Below the pieces are notes generated by a model that worked only from the letters and a program-made list of their open reading frames with translations, was not told the DNA's origin and searched no databases. From an uncultured delta proteobacterium (GTDB taxonomy: Bacteria; Bdellovibrionota; FAC87; UBA2466), in contig CAVZSV010000005.1 of NCBI GenBank assembly GCA_963778115.1, positions 64,001 through 128,000 of the forward strand: DNA of 64,000 nt, read 5' to 3'. Numbering within the stretch: the stretch's first letter is position 1; each line of letters begins with the position of its first letter. Position numbers and translations under genes: made by a program. Positions 9,993-20,288 of this stretch are shown here, piece after piece.

Positions 9993-11391
9993 AATCAGAG
10001 TGGCTCCCGTCATCGGTGGGCTGTGGTTTGTTATATTTTGTCTTTTGCTTAATGCTTGTTCGAGTGGCGATGACAACGGTCCTGCGGCTCCCTATTGCAG
10101 CAACGCTACTCAAGGAGCATCCGCATCTTTAGTCACGACTAGCTCCAATAACCAGATTCCCGTTTATATCGCCGATAGTTCTACTACGGGCAGTGTCGGA
10201 TATCCCAATGAGCCTTTGGTATCGATTACGATTTGTAATCCGAACCATACTTCCTCGTCGCAGTGTCAGACGATTAGCAACATTCTTGTGGATACCGGAA
10301 GTTTCGGATTGCGTCTTTTCACTCAAACTTTGGCGAGCAATGTAACGCTCACCCAGGAAACGGTAACCATTTTAGGCCAGACGGAAATGGTAGGGGAGTG
10401 TGCCGAGTTTGGGACGGGCTCCGATTGGGGAGCGGTACAGTTAGCCGATCTCAAATTAGGAAACCAAACCGCTACGAATATTCCGATTCAGGTCATTGAT
10501 TACAATTTCTCACAAATTCCAAGTGTCTGCGCTTCCCTGGGTCCCAATACGAACCCATGTTCGGATCAGGCCGATTTTAACGGAATTTTGGGAGTCGGAG
10601 TTTTTCCTCGAGACTGCGGCACCGATTGTAATTCCACGGATCCTGCGACGAATTACGGGCAATATTTTGCGTGTGACTCCACCAACGGTTGCTTTAATGC
10701 CTATAATAGCGGCTACACGGCGGTTGCGATCCCACCGACCTCTCAAGTCGAGAATCCTATCGCGGCTCTGACCTCAGGATTTAATAATGGAATTTCTCTT
10801 ACCTTACCTTCGATAGATGCCGGGGGAGCTTCAGCCGTTTCGTATCCCTCGAGTTTCATGACCATAGGAATTGGTACCACAGCTTCTAACCCACCGGGGT
10901 CCGGCGTTGTCGTTTATTACGCCGATCCGAATGGGCAAACGGATTCTCAAGGGTCGGACTTTTTAACTGAGTTCAATAGTGGAGGGGGCACGATCTATGG
11001 AATCGCCGGAAACCAGAATCCTTCCTACCTAGACAGTGGCTCCAATGCGTTGTTTATTCCCACGGACTCAAGCCTCCCGGACTGCTCGGATGGGTCGGGA
11101 TTTCTCTGCCCGACGGGCTTAGTCGCCCAAACGGCCACGATCGAAAGCTATAACAATAGTGGGGTGGGGACTCCGAGCATTCCCATCACCTTTTATGTGC
11201 AAAACGCGGATAGTCTTTTTAATACGAACTTCAGCGCTTTTAATGATATCGCGGGCGACATCGGAAACCCCGCGGGATTCGATTGGGGGCTGCCGTTCTT
11301 TTATGGTCGAACTATCTTTGTGGGAATTGCCGGAACTACCGCAACGTACAATGCGGGAATTACTAATGGCGGCCCTTATTGGGCGTTTTAA
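9979..11391 (+). CDS. DUF3443 family lipoprotein (pepsin-like aspartic protease motifs)
   Basis: Lipobox LNAC. NEPLVSITIC, CQTISNILVDTGSFGLR, NGILGVG, YLDSGSNA, FDWGLPFFYGRTIF, GPYWAF. Confidence 0.9.
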   Translation: MSLNRIRVAPVIGGLWFVIFCLLLNACSSGDDNGPAAPYCSNATQGASASLVTTSSNNQIPVYIADSSTTGSVGYPNEPLVSITICNPNHTSSSQCQTISNILVDTGSFGLRLFTQTLASNVTLTQETVTILGQTEMVGECAEFGTGSDWGAVQLADLKLGNQTATNIPIQVIDYNFSQIPSVCASLGPNTNPCSDQADFNGILGVGVFPRDCGTDCNSTDPATNYGQYFACDSTNGCFNAYNSGYTAVAIPPTSQVENPIAALTSGFNNGISLTLPSIDAGGASAVSYPSSFMTIGIGTTASNPPGSGVVVYYADPNGQTDSQGSDFLTEFNSGGGTIYGIAGNQNPSYLDSGSNALFIPTDSSLPDCSDGSGFLCPTGLVAQTATIESYNNSGVGTPSIPITFYVQNADSLFNTNFSAFNDIAGDIGNPAGFDWGLPFFYGRTIFVGIAGTTATYNAGITNGGPYWAF

Positions 11392-11642
11392 CGACTAGGG
11401 TTACGCTTAAACTACGTCAGCTAGAGTATTCCCCTAGTCTTCTCCCCATTTTCTCCGCAAATCGTCCTTTCCTGCTATCCAACGTTTATGCATCGACAAC
11501 CCCGTGACCTAGCTCGGGAAAGAGTAATCGCCTCAAGGAGCGTTTAACTTCAAGTCACATCGGCATGCCTCCGGCTGCGTGGCATGGCCTTGCATTACAA
11601 GTGCTCTGTGGGATTTGTGCGTTTGCTGCTGTTGGAGAGAAA

Positions 11643-12890
11643 ATGAATACCGCTAAGGCTAAACTGATTTTTAAATTTGTGGCTCGTAACTGGGTGGTAA
11701 CAAGTATTTTGGCCTTTTCGCTTCTTCAAGCTTGTAGCAATAACAACAATAATTCGACTCAGTCCGGTTCGGGATCGCTAAGCTGTGTGAGTTCCGCGGC
11801 TTTGGTGTCGGGAGCTGACACCGCAGGTAGTACCGATACGGTAAATAATATCGTCGTGGATATTTCAAACGGTACTGGCCCGTATTCGATTACGCTTCCG
11901 GGGCAAACGGCCGTGACCAGTTCCACCTCAGATTATCAGTCCTCGAGCACTATTTCGATTACCAATGGAACGTCCGCGGTTTCGGTGACTGATACGAGTA
12001 CTTCCACGGCAACTTCATGTGTGATTGTGGTCCCCTCGCCCGTGACGAGTCTTCCTTCCATCACGCCATCTCCCAGTGCTTCTGTTATCGAAGGCAATAC
12101 CATTACGCTAGTAGCCGTAGCAACCGACGGAAATACGTCTCCTACATTTACTTTCACGTTAGCCGCATCCATCACCGGAGTGACGCTGACTACGATTTCG
12201 AATACCGAGGCTCAAGTGACTAGCACTGTCGCTACCCCAGTGACTGTGGTGCTCACCGAATCCTCGGGTTCAACCGTAACCGAGACGACCTCGATCAACC
12301 TGACCTTCCTGTCTAATGCCTCGGGCTCCTCCTCAGCGGTGGCCGTAAGCGCTTCTCCTTCGACAACGACTACCGTGGGATCCTCGATAACCGTTTTGGC
12401 TCAGGACACGGCGGGATACACGAACCCAGTATTTGATTTTACTTGGTCGAGTTCACTCACGTCTGGAATCAGTCTGTCCCCAGTGGGAACCAATGAAACC
12501 ATCGTCAGCAGCTCTGAGCAGGGAACGGTCACTATTAACGTTAACGAATATTCGTCAGGTAATTTAGTATCGACCGGCGTCATCACCCTTACTTTCACGA
12601 GCTCGTCGGGTGGCGGTTCTAGCAATGGGATAAGCTGCTCGCTTTCAGTGGGAGCGCAATACACTTACATGGGGTATAGCGTGATTCCCTTTACCGTCTC
12701 GTCCAGTACTTATGGCTTTATTTCGGTAACTCAGATCGGAACTACACAGACATGCGATTACTTCTCGAAAACCGACGGATTTCTGCTCTGGTGTCCGCCA
12801 GGCAGTACCGAAGTGGTGAATGTCCTAGCCACCGTGGGTGGAGTGAGTTGCAATAGCGGTTCGCCGATGTCGACCACCGTAAACTACTAA
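11643..12890 (+). CDS. Ser/Thr-rich surface lipoprotein with tandem Ig-like modules
   Basis: GGAGAG RBS before ATG 11643. Lipobox LQAC. Repeated SPS..T..G..IT..A...P.F.FT....SG units. Confidence 0.75.
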   Translation: MNTAKAKLIFKFVARNWVVTSILAFSLLQACSNNNNNSTQSGSGSLSCVSSAALVSGADTAGSTDTVNNIVVDISNGTGPYSITLPGQTAVTSSTSDYQSSSTISITNGTSAVSVTDTSTSTATSCVIVVPSPVTSLPSITPSPSASVIEGNTITLVAVATDGNTSPTFTFTLAASITGVTLTTISNTEAQVTSTVATPVTVVLTESSGSTVTETTSINLTFLSNASGSSSAVAVSASPSTTTTVGSSITVLAQDTAGYTNPVFDFTWSSSLTSGISLSPVGTNETIVSSSEQGTVTINVNEYSSGNLVSTGVITLTFTSSSGGGSSNGISCSLSVGAQYTYMGYSVIPFTVSSSTYGFISVTQIGTTQTCDYFSKTDGFLLWCPPGSTEVVNVLATVGGVSCNSGSPMSTTVNY

Positions 12891-12912
12891 GGCTGTTTGC
12901 GTTCCTCAATCG

Positions 12913-13197
12913 TCAGCTAATTTTCTTGAGTTGTCTCGACCAAAGGGAGAGCCAGACGAGAAGTAGAGCTAGCATCCACACCAGTAATTTAAAATCGATG
13001 ATAGTGCGTAGCCAGATGTCTTGAATCTGAGGCCACGTAGCGCCCTCACCCCATACGGCTAGAAACCATCCTGGCTTCGCCTTCATCATAGGGAGATAAA
13101 TTAACCACTGAAGGAGAACCAATACCCAAGCTAGCAAAAACACCCACCATCCCGCAAGGGTTGCGGCTTTAAGTCTTTTCGTGAAGAGATCGTTCAT
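12913..13197 (-). CDS. Small Trp-rich membrane protein (2 TM)
   Basis: AGGAGG RBS and two hydrophobic helices. Confidence 0.75.
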   Translation of the reverse strand: MNDLFTKRLKAATLAGWWVFLLAWVLVLLQWLIYLPMMKAKPGWFLAVWGEGATWPQIQDIWLRTIIDFKLLVWMLALLLVWLSLWSRQLKKIS

Positions 13198-13274
13198 AGG
13201 AAATCCTCCTGGTTCAATTCTAACCGGCTGGCTAGAAGCAGGGGAGGTAATAAAACAATAAAACGAGCGGCGCG

Positions 13275-14669
13275 CTAGACGGAAAAGGGCTCTCTGCCCA
13301 GAGTGAACCAGAAGGTGCTTCCGCGTCCCTCCGTGGAAGTCACCCAGATTCGGCCGCCGTGGCGTTCGACGATCTTTTTGCAGACGGCAAGCCCAATTCC
13401 CGATCCCGGATATTGCTCCTGGGTGTGGAGGCGCTGGAACATTAAGAAGATGCGATCTTTTTGGTTGGGATTAATTCCTATTCCGTTATCAGAAACCGAA
13501 AACAACCACTCGTGTTGTTTCTGTTCACCACAGACGCGAATCTCTGGTTTTGGGCCAGAAGCAAACTTGAGACTATTTGCAATCAGATTTTGAAACAGCT
13601 GAAAGATCTGAGTCGAATCTCCATTCACGTGAGGAAGCCCCTGCAACTCGATAGACGCCTCGGCCGCTTCGATGCTGTCTTTGAGCTGCAAGAGAACCTC
13701 TTTTACCACGGCCGCCGTCTCTACTTTTCCGAAACTCATCGACGAACAGCCGATACGGCTGTAACTAAGAAGGCCTTCGATGAGACTCTTCATCCGCTTT
13801 GCTCCGCCGACCGCATAGTTGATAAATTCTTCGGCATCTTTATCAAGTTGGTGCTGATAGCGTTGGTGTACCAGGGTTAAATAGCTTGTAATCATGCGAA
13901 GGGGTTCCTGCAGATCGTGAGAAGCCACATACGCGAATTGTTCCAGGTCTTGGTTGGACCGTGAGAGACTTAGGGCCTGAGCCTGAGCTTCGAGTTGCCT
14001 ATAGTGAAGATCGGTGACGTCGCGTCCGATGACGGAATAGTAGGAGCGATTGCCGTTGCGATCGGAAACGGGTGAGAGCGTAAAAGCAATCAGAACTCTC
14101 TCGCCGCCTTTTTTAAGTTTCCAGGCCTGATAGTTTAGCAGGGGTTTTCCCTCTTTAAGTTGCTCGTAAACCCGGCGAACCGCATCATGAGTTTCCGGGG
14201 GAGAGAGTCGCAATGTGGTGTGTCCAATGATCTCATCCGCGCTATATCCAAAAGTCTTTTCCGCTCCGTGGTTCCAGGTAAGAACCTTACCTGAGAGATC
14301 GACACTGAAAATAATATCCTCGGATTGTCTTGCGATGGCGGCGAGTCGGGCTTCCGATTCATCTATGGTAGAGGGAGAAAGGGCAGATAGAAGCGCGCGC
14401 TGGGGCAGCAACGGGCGGAATAATCCCGCCAGCGCCAATAGAAGACTCGTTCCCCCCAGGACATAGAAACCCCCGTGATGACGAAAAGAAGAATGAGCTG
14501 GATGGAGTCGGAAGAAGAGGGGAAAGTGAATTCTCACTTGCCACAAAAGCACTAGCCCCGCTGCCAAGATGACTGCGAAGGCTATTTCAGAAAGCCCTTC
14601 GGATAACCCGATGTCGATCATGCCGATGTCAAGGATGCCGGATAGTTTCCTCAGTTCGGAACCGGTCAT
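13275..14669 (-). CDS. PAS-domain sensor histidine kinase
   Basis: TM segments, PAS (WNHGAEKTFGYSADEIIG), H-box FAYVASHDLQEPLR, N-box QLFQNLIANSLKF, DNGIG, GSGIGLAVCKKIVERHGG. Confidence 0.95.
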   Translation of the reverse strand: MTGSELRKLSGILDIGMIDIGLSEGLSEIAFAVILAAGLVLLWQVRIHFPLFFRLHPAHSSFRHHGGFYVLGGTSLLLALAGLFRPLLPQRALLSALSPSTIDESEARLAAIARQSEDIIFSVDLSGKVLTWNHGAEKTFGYSADEIIGHTTLRLSPPETHDAVRRVYEQLKEGKPLLNYQAWKLKKGGERVLIAFTLSPVSDRNGNRSYYSVIGRDVTDLHYRQLEAQAQALSLSRSNQDLEQFAYVASHDLQEPLRMITSYLTLVHQRYQHQLDKDAEEFINYAVGGAKRMKSLIEGLLSYSRIGCSSMSFGKVETAAVVKEVLLQLKDSIEAAEASIELQGLPHVNGDSTQIFQLFQNLIANSLKFASGPKPEIRVCGEQKQHEWLFSVSDNGIGINPNQKDRIFLMFQRLHTQEQYPGSGIGLAVCKKIVERHGGRIWVTSTEGRGSTFWFTLGREPFSV

Positions 14670-15017
14670 GTGAACCCCACCTTTCCCCTGCCGTTGCGGT
14701 TTTTATATCCCCCGCCCGCACGCTACGCTTGGTCGCTTTCGCTAGGTCGAATTCGAATACTCTGGTTCCACAATATAACGCGCAGCGAAAAACACAATGG
14801 CATTTTTTGCTTGTTGTCTAGTTTTGCCCCCCAACGGCGCGCGGCTAGCCTTGGGTGGGCTGGATTCTGCCGTTACGTATTAAATGTGGCACTCAATAAT
14901 TCCGCTAGAGGGATTGGTAAGCCTTTCGAAGGACGTCCGCGATATCAATTGCTTGCAAGTATACGCCCAGTAATCCGTAGATTCGAAACCAGGAATTTGG
15001 TATAAGCCCAAACTCGC

Positions 15018-15986
15018 ATGAACTTTCCAACCCCAATAAGCGTTTGCGTTGTTCTACTTTTGGGGCTCTCTCTGCCGGCAATCGGAGCGGGACCTAAGAC
15101 ACCAGAGGCCGCTTTTGAATCCCTTTTCTCCGATGATGATCTAGTCTATCCCTTGGCCGAAGAGAAGCTGAGTAACTACCACGTCCAATCCAGCCAGTTG
15201 CAGGAGGGGGAGTTACACGATCAGATCATGAGGGGACTAAATGACACGAGAACCAGGGTACGATTTACTACCTGTGTCTTTCTATCGACAAAGATGTTTC
15301 CGCGCAACGTTCCTTCACCGGAGCCAGAAACGAAATCGAGTGATGACTTGCTTAACAAGGTAACGAATCTTTCGGATAACGATCCGGAAAGTAAAGTCCG
15401 CTCGATGGCGACACTAGTGCTTATGAAGCAGGACTCAGCCAGATATTTCCCACGTCTGGTATCCTTGCTTTATATCCCAGACACTCTCACTTACGTTGAG
15501 TCCTATCTTCATAAGACTCGAGTAAAGAACCTTGAGGAAGACGAATTACGGCAGTTTGTCGTCCATGCAGAGCATTCCCAGGCTAAGGTCCGCAGATTCG
15601 TGGCGGATCTCATCGTACAAAAAGCGAATTATGTTCCTAGCTATTTTATCTTGGCGATCGGGAGCGTCGCGCAAGCTCGCAGAGAATATGTTAACTACAT
15701 GGACTCCCTCCTCGAATCCGTTCCCCTTCCTAGGAATAGAAATGTTTTGAAAATGGCAATGCCTAGACTTCTGGCTAGCGATAACAAAAGAGTTCGAGTG
15801 TTAGCTCAGAAATTTTCTGATCGGTTGGAGAGAGAGCCCGTCGACGATAGCACACCGGCTCAAGATGAAACCGACGATTCCTTTGATTCCTCTCTTGCTT
15901 GTGGAACTCGGATAAAGAAACGAGCAAATGCGCGGTTAGGAATGAATATCCCCTTTGGTGCCAAAGCCAACGCAGGCTCACGTTAA
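15018..15986 (+). CDS. Secreted HEAT-repeat-like protein
   Basis: Signal peptide and repeats LND..TRVR, DPESKVR..A..L, HSQAKVRR, SDNKRVR.LA. Confidence 0.65.
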   Translation: MNFPTPISVCVVLLLGLSLPAIGAGPKTPEAAFESLFSDDDLVYPLAEEKLSNYHVQSSQLQEGELHDQIMRGLNDTRTRVRFTTCVFLSTKMFPRNVPSPEPETKSSDDLLNKVTNLSDNDPESKVRSMATLVLMKQDSARYFPRLVSLLYIPDTLTYVESYLHKTRVKNLEEDELRQFVVHAEHSQAKVRRFVADLIVQKANYVPSYFILAIGSVAQARREYVNYMDSLLESVPLPRNRNVLKMAMPRLLASDNKRVRVLAQKFSDRLEREPVDDSTPAQDETDDSFDSSLACGTRIKKRANARLGMNIPFGAKANAGSR

Positions 15987-16091
15987 CGGTTCACAAAATC
16001 CTTAACGCGGAGCCCTTGCTCATCGGTTCAATCTTTCCAATAATCCAGTTCTCTAAGAAGTCTTAATTGCGAACATCATGGGGGTAAAAAC

Positions 16092-16907
16092 ATGAAAGCC
16101 AGTATTTTGTCTATTTTGTCAGCCTTTGTCCTTTGCTTGCCGTTAGCGGCAATGCAACAGACTCCTTCTAAACACGACGCTATCCGATTGGAAGCCGTGG
16201 TGGCCGAAGCTTTCGCCGTCGATCTTACTACGGTAACTCAGACGACCGGAACCTATGCCGCTTTGGAATTGCCAACTTGGCTATCGATCAACGCTAATGG
16301 GATTCTATTCGGAACTCCGACGTCCGCTAACATGGGTGATAACCAACTTTTTATCACGGTCAACAACGACTCCGGCGAAAAGGATTTTAATATTGTAGTC
16401 TCCGTCGTGGATGCTCCGACTCAAGTTAAGTACCAGTGGCAAACGAATGTTGAAGATGCTTTTAAGGTCGATCTTCAGACGCTGGAGACCACCGGCGTGA
16501 GCTTCGCCTATGTAGGACTTCCTTCGTTCCTACAAGGGCTAGCGAGCGGAACGATTTTCGGTATTCCCGCACAGTCGGATGTGGGCGATCATAAGTTCAC
16601 GGTAAAGATCACCAATGCGGCGGGAACCTTAACTACCATTACCGTACAGGTCACGGTCAACGATCCTTCGGCCACTGGGATGACCTTCAAGGAAGGCGAC
16701 GCTCTATCCATCAACGCCTACAACTTGATCCAAGCGCCCGGCCTTTATTACTTTTCAAATCTGCCGACGTGGATTGCGGTGGGCCAGGATCTCGTATTGA
16801 GTGGTGTTGTTCCGGCTGGAGCCGCCGGCACTTATGCTATCCCGGTTCAAGTGGTTTATGCCGGAGTTACTACTAATTATGAGATCGATTTTACGATCAC
16901 TAAATAA
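16092..16907 (+). CDS. Secreted protein with three putative Ig (He_PIG/dystroglycan-cadherin-like) domains
   Basis: LPTWLSIN..GILFGTP, GLPSFL...SGTIFGIP..SDVG, NLPTWI....LSGVVP..AAGTY. Confidence 0.8.
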   Translation: MKASILSILSAFVLCLPLAAMQQTPSKHDAIRLEAVVAEAFAVDLTTVTQTTGTYAALELPTWLSINANGILFGTPTSANMGDNQLFITVNNDSGEKDFNIVVSVVDAPTQVKYQWQTNVEDAFKVDLQTLETTGVSFAYVGLPSFLQGLASGTIFGIPAQSDVGDHKFTVKITNAAGTLTTITVQVTVNDPSATGMTFKEGDALSINAYNLIQAPGLYYFSNLPTWIAVGQDLVLSGVVPAGAAGTYAIPVQVVYAGVTTNYEIDFTITK

Positions 16908-16932
16908 GTAGTCGACGTTCGCTAGATTTAAG

Positions 16933-16974
16933 AAAGGGCCCCAGGTTCTGTTAGAATCTGGGCCTTTTTTTTTT
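16933..16974 (+). terminator. Intrinsic terminator, likely bidirectional
   Basis: AAAGGGCCCCAGGTTCT-GTT-AGAATCTGGGCC followed by T10, between convergent genes. Confidence 0.8.
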
Positions 16975-16978
16975 GTTT

Positions 16979-17704
16979 TTAAGGGAGTTCTACTTTGATC
17001 GTCCAAGCTTCACCTACTTGGATTGCATCAGATCCCCATGAAGTGTGAGTAGGATGACGCGAAAAAGTGTGTATGAGTCCGACTCCAGGCGAATAGGTAT
17101 TGATTCCGCTGGTGTCCCCGTACTGGCCTTCAAAAATCTCGTTAAAGCAGTCGTTATAAACGGCACCCGTTTCGGGAACCAAAATCTGTCCGGCTTTTTC
17201 CCAACGGTGGTGGCTAATGCCCTGCGGGTTACTCTCCCTGGCAAAGACGGGCAGAAGGTCTGAGAGCCTGGCGACCGATGTCCATTCAAGACCATGGCTG
17301 GGAAGGGGATGCTCCGCAAATGAAATCCAATCATTATGAGAGTTAGACCAGACCAAAGTGTTTCCTGCGCTCTTATAAGTAAAGCTGGGAGCCGATAGCG
17401 TGCCTGGCAAGTCGATCTTGTCGCGACGTCGGCAAAGCTTGCCCTTCATCATCACAGTTGCGACATCCACAAAAACGTAAGTTTCGACCGGGCCTTGCTC
17501 TAATAAAGACTCGCCCGTGGGGCTAACTACCTTAGTCGTGCTGTGTACTGTGACCTTACGTCCCGGGACAAAGGGAAAAAAATCACCCGCCTTCGTCGCG
17601 GTTAAGGCACACCCGGTAATGGGGTTAGCTTCTATTGTCTTAGACAGAATAATCACGGAAATTAGAAGCATCGTGAGTAAGACTAGCAATAAGCGGATCT
17701 TCAT
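16979..17704 (-). CDS. Secreted hypothetical beta-rich protein
   Basis: Signal peptide. DFFPF..G and TGAVYNDC...YSPGVGLI resemble TapB/DUF3108-like sheets. Confidence 0.6.
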   Translation of the reverse strand: MKIRLLLVLLTMLLISVIILSKTIEANPITGCALTATKAGDFFPFVPGRKVTVHSTTKVVSPTGESLLEQGPVETYVFVDVATVMMKGKLCRRRDKIDLPGTLSAPSFTYKSAGNTLVWSNSHNDWISFAEHPLPSHGLEWTSVARLSDLLPVFARESNPQGISHHRWEKAGQILVPETGAVYNDCFNEIFEGQYGDTSGINTYSPGVGLIHTFSRHPTHTSWGSDAIQVGEAWTIKVELP

Positions 17705-17718
17705 AGATGAGCCATCTT

Positions 17719-19446
17719 CTACTGGGTCTTTGTCTTTTCTAATAACCAGACATGAGCATCACGGTTTTCATAGTGAGCGTACCATTGCCGAATCAGTCCA
17801 TCGGCGGGTCGTGTCCACTGGGCGGCACGTTCATTCGCTATCTCATGTGCGGCGGCCGTCCAGGGCATCAGGACTCCTCCTCGATCTACGTAGGGCGGTT
17901 TCCATGGCCAGGTTTTGAGCATGAACTTTAAGTGGGGGGCCTGCTCGCATCCTTGAGCGTAGACGAACTCATACGCATCGTGGTTGGTCCAACGCTTCCG
18001 TTCGGCAAGACGCCATGCTTTGCAGCGTTCGGTAAAATCCTTTCGCAGTGCCCTAAGTTCGTTGAGTAGCGTTGCGGCGTCACTACTGACAGCAGTGTCA
18101 GGTTGAATAAGGGGGATGTCCGTATAGCGTGTGACCTTTCCAGTCGTCGTAAGGGTAACGGTAACGGAGAGAGGCAGGTCAACCTGATAGGCGATGGGAT
18201 GAACTAGCGGGGGGAACTCCCCGCGTTCTATTCCCTCAGCATCAAAACGAAGGGTGGGGACCGATTCATAGTCTCGTTCGATGACAACATCGGAGACTGG
18301 GAGTTGATTTGCTATCTCACGCGTAAGATCGTTTCTAACATCGTCCTCCCATTTGTTTTGGTGTTTGGCATTGAAGTTATCGAGAGCAATGTTCTTATAA
18401 GTGGCCTCTTTGGCATATTCAGCCGCCGTAAGATTGGCAAAACCATAGATATCGCCCTGAACGACCATGTCGATTCTTAGTTCATTATCTGCTAATGCAC
18501 CGGGGTCTTTTTTCTTAGCCGCAGCGGGGGAACGTTTGGCAATCAGCCAAACCGAGGGCTCCTCATCTTGAAATTCCACTTTCCATCCGCGCCATTGGGT
18601 CGAGTAGTGGGGATTTCCGTAAACTTCAGATCCAAAGAGCCTCTTATGGTAGTAGCCCCATCGTTGAAACTCGGCTACCCAGTGGTTGTCCTCGTCAGCG
18701 CAAGGCAGATGCCAAGGATCTTGCGCATAGACAAAGAAGTATCCGGGGACGTGCTTTACTCTCTCTTTGACGACATCCCACCAGGGGACCACCGCCGCCG
18801 TATAGCTAGAGAGCGCTTCGTTGTTCGCTTTTACCGCGCGATCGGTATCGAAATAATAGTCTCTGGAATTTCCTTCGATAGGCATATCGAAAGCAACCCT
18901 CACGAGCTTTAGGTTTTGGGTTTCGTCCAAGACTAACCTAGCTTTGACCTCGGCATGAGCGACGGCGTAGTAGCCGTAGATGGGCCCCGATCTCGGGTCT
19001 TCGTCGAGTTGTCGTGTTGTTGGGTAGCTCTTAGAAGGAGTGGGGCCAATGCCACCGTGCGGGAAGCGCGCGATCTCTACCTTATCCACCGTGGGTGGGC
19101 TGACCGCTACTTTTGCGACGGTAACTCCTCTAAGCTGAGAAACGGCTCCTTCCAGTCTCTCTCGGACCTTCGTTTCATGCTGGCCTTCCCATCCCTCGGG
19201 AAATTGCTTCTTCCACGCGGCACCCGCTTCAAACATTTGTGCGACCTCTTTCCCGGGACGGTAAGGAACCATGGGGCCTCGTAATTCAATGCGGTATTGA
19301 ATTACGGTTTCATCAGAATTAGCGCGATCTCTGAGATCATTTGAGTCACCTAACTCAACGAGGTTGTTCGGTTCGACGAGCGCTAGTGAGTGCATAGAAA
19401 TAGATAGAGCCGCAAAAACAGCAAAGGCTAACGAGTTCGTTCGCAT
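17719..19446 (-). CDS. Secreted hypothetical protein with two-fold internal repeat
   Basis: ATG 19446 with AAGGA RBS, signal peptide, two ~255-aa homologous halves (see findings). Confidence 0.7.
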   Translation of the reverse strand: MRTNSLAFAVFAALSISMHSLALVEPNNLVELGDSNDLRDRANSDETVIQYRIELRGPMVPYRPGKEVAQMFEAGAAWKKQFPEGWEGQHETKVRERLEGAVSQLRGVTVAKVAVSPPTVDKVEIARFPHGGIGPTPSKSYPTTRQLDEDPRSGPIYGYYAVAHAEVKARLVLDETQNLKLVRVAFDMPIEGNSRDYYFDTDRAVKANNEALSSYTAAVVPWWDVVKERVKHVPGYFFVYAQDPWHLPCADEDNHWVAEFQRWGYYHKRLFGSEVYGNPHYSTQWRGWKVEFQDEEPSVWLIAKRSPAAAKKKDPGALADNELRIDMVVQGDIYGFANLTAAEYAKEATYKNIALDNFNAKHQNKWEDDVRNDLTREIANQLPVSDVVIERDYESVPTLRFDAEGIERGEFPPLVHPIAYQVDLPLSVTVTLTTTGKVTRYTDIPLIQPDTAVSSDAATLLNELRALRKDFTERCKAWRLAERKRWTNHDAYEFVYAQGCEQAPHLKFMLKTWPWKPPYVDRGGVLMPWTAAAHEIANERAAQWTRPADGLIRQWYAHYENRDAHVWLLEKTKTQ

Positions 19447-19583
19447 GGCATCCTTCTTAAGTGAACTAGATAAATTCAGCCAAAGTAACCGGCCAAATAA
19501 ATCGAATTGCTGCACCATACCAAAAGTTTTAGCAAGGTCCAGCACTTCGATTTGAGCGGATGCTTTGACTCTCGTTGATAAAA

Positions 19584-20288
19584 TTAGTCGGCGTTTTCTA
19601 ACGTGGGGTCGATTTGATGCAAATATTCGGGGGTGGCTTCTAATACCTCCACGGCAATGGCCACCTTTTTGCGAGCGATTTGTGGCGCGGCTTGGGGCTG
19701 GGCCTGTGGGCCTTGCACTGGTTGAACCCCAATGGGAGTTTTGAATAGGACGCCACTTACCGTGTTTTCCACAAAGCGATGGGGAATGACTTCGGACTCG
19801 CTAAGCCCCACATGCGAGAAGAAAGTTTGCGAAAAAAGATCGTTACTTGCCACCATCACACGGACGTCTTCGACACCGGGAATCGTTTTGGCTTTGGCGA
19901 CGACTCTATTGACGAGGTCACGCCCGACCCCTTGTCTTTCGAAATTCTTGGAGACTGCAATCCTTAGAATATTAATGAAATGAGTTCGGCGTTCCACAAC
20001 GACATAGCCCACGACCCTTTCCTCGCGAACGGCAACAAACCCGAAATTGCCTTCGACGTTTAGCTGATCGTGAACGGAGTAACCTGGGGAATAGGGAGAT
20101 AACTCCGCTTCGCGCTCTTCGCTGATAGCTTCTACCTGAGGGACGGGAATCTCTCCGCCTAAGGCGAAGACATCTCGAACGATTCCGGCACAGTTAGGGT
20201 CTTTAGCGTAACTGCTCTGAGCGATTAGAGTAAGACCGACAAAAAAGAAGACTTTGAATGACTGGTTCTCTCCCGAAAAAGCTCCCAT
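19584..20288 (-). CDS. GNAT (RimI-like) N-acetyltransferase with N-terminal signal-like segment
   Basis: VVGYV, NILRIAV...ERQGVGRDL acetyl-CoA motif A, ASNDLFSQTFF. N-terminus FFFVGLTLIAQSSYA. Confidence 0.75.
   Translation of the reverse strand: MGAFSGENQSFKVFFFVGLTLIAQSSYAKDPNCAGIVRDVFALGGEIPVPQVEAISEEREAELSPYSPGYSVHDQLNVEGNFGFVAVREERVVGYVVVERRTHFINILRIAVSKNFERQGVGRDLVNRVVAKAKTIPGVEDVRVMVASNDLFSQTFFSHVGLSESEVIPHRFVENTVSGVLFKTPIGVQPVQGPQAQPQAAPQIARKKVAIAVEVLEATPEYLHQIDPTLENAD

Noticed and set aside
14670..15005. 111-aa ORF between the kinase and the HEAT-like gene
   Set aside because: It occupies the divergent promoter region with atypical composition and no RBS.
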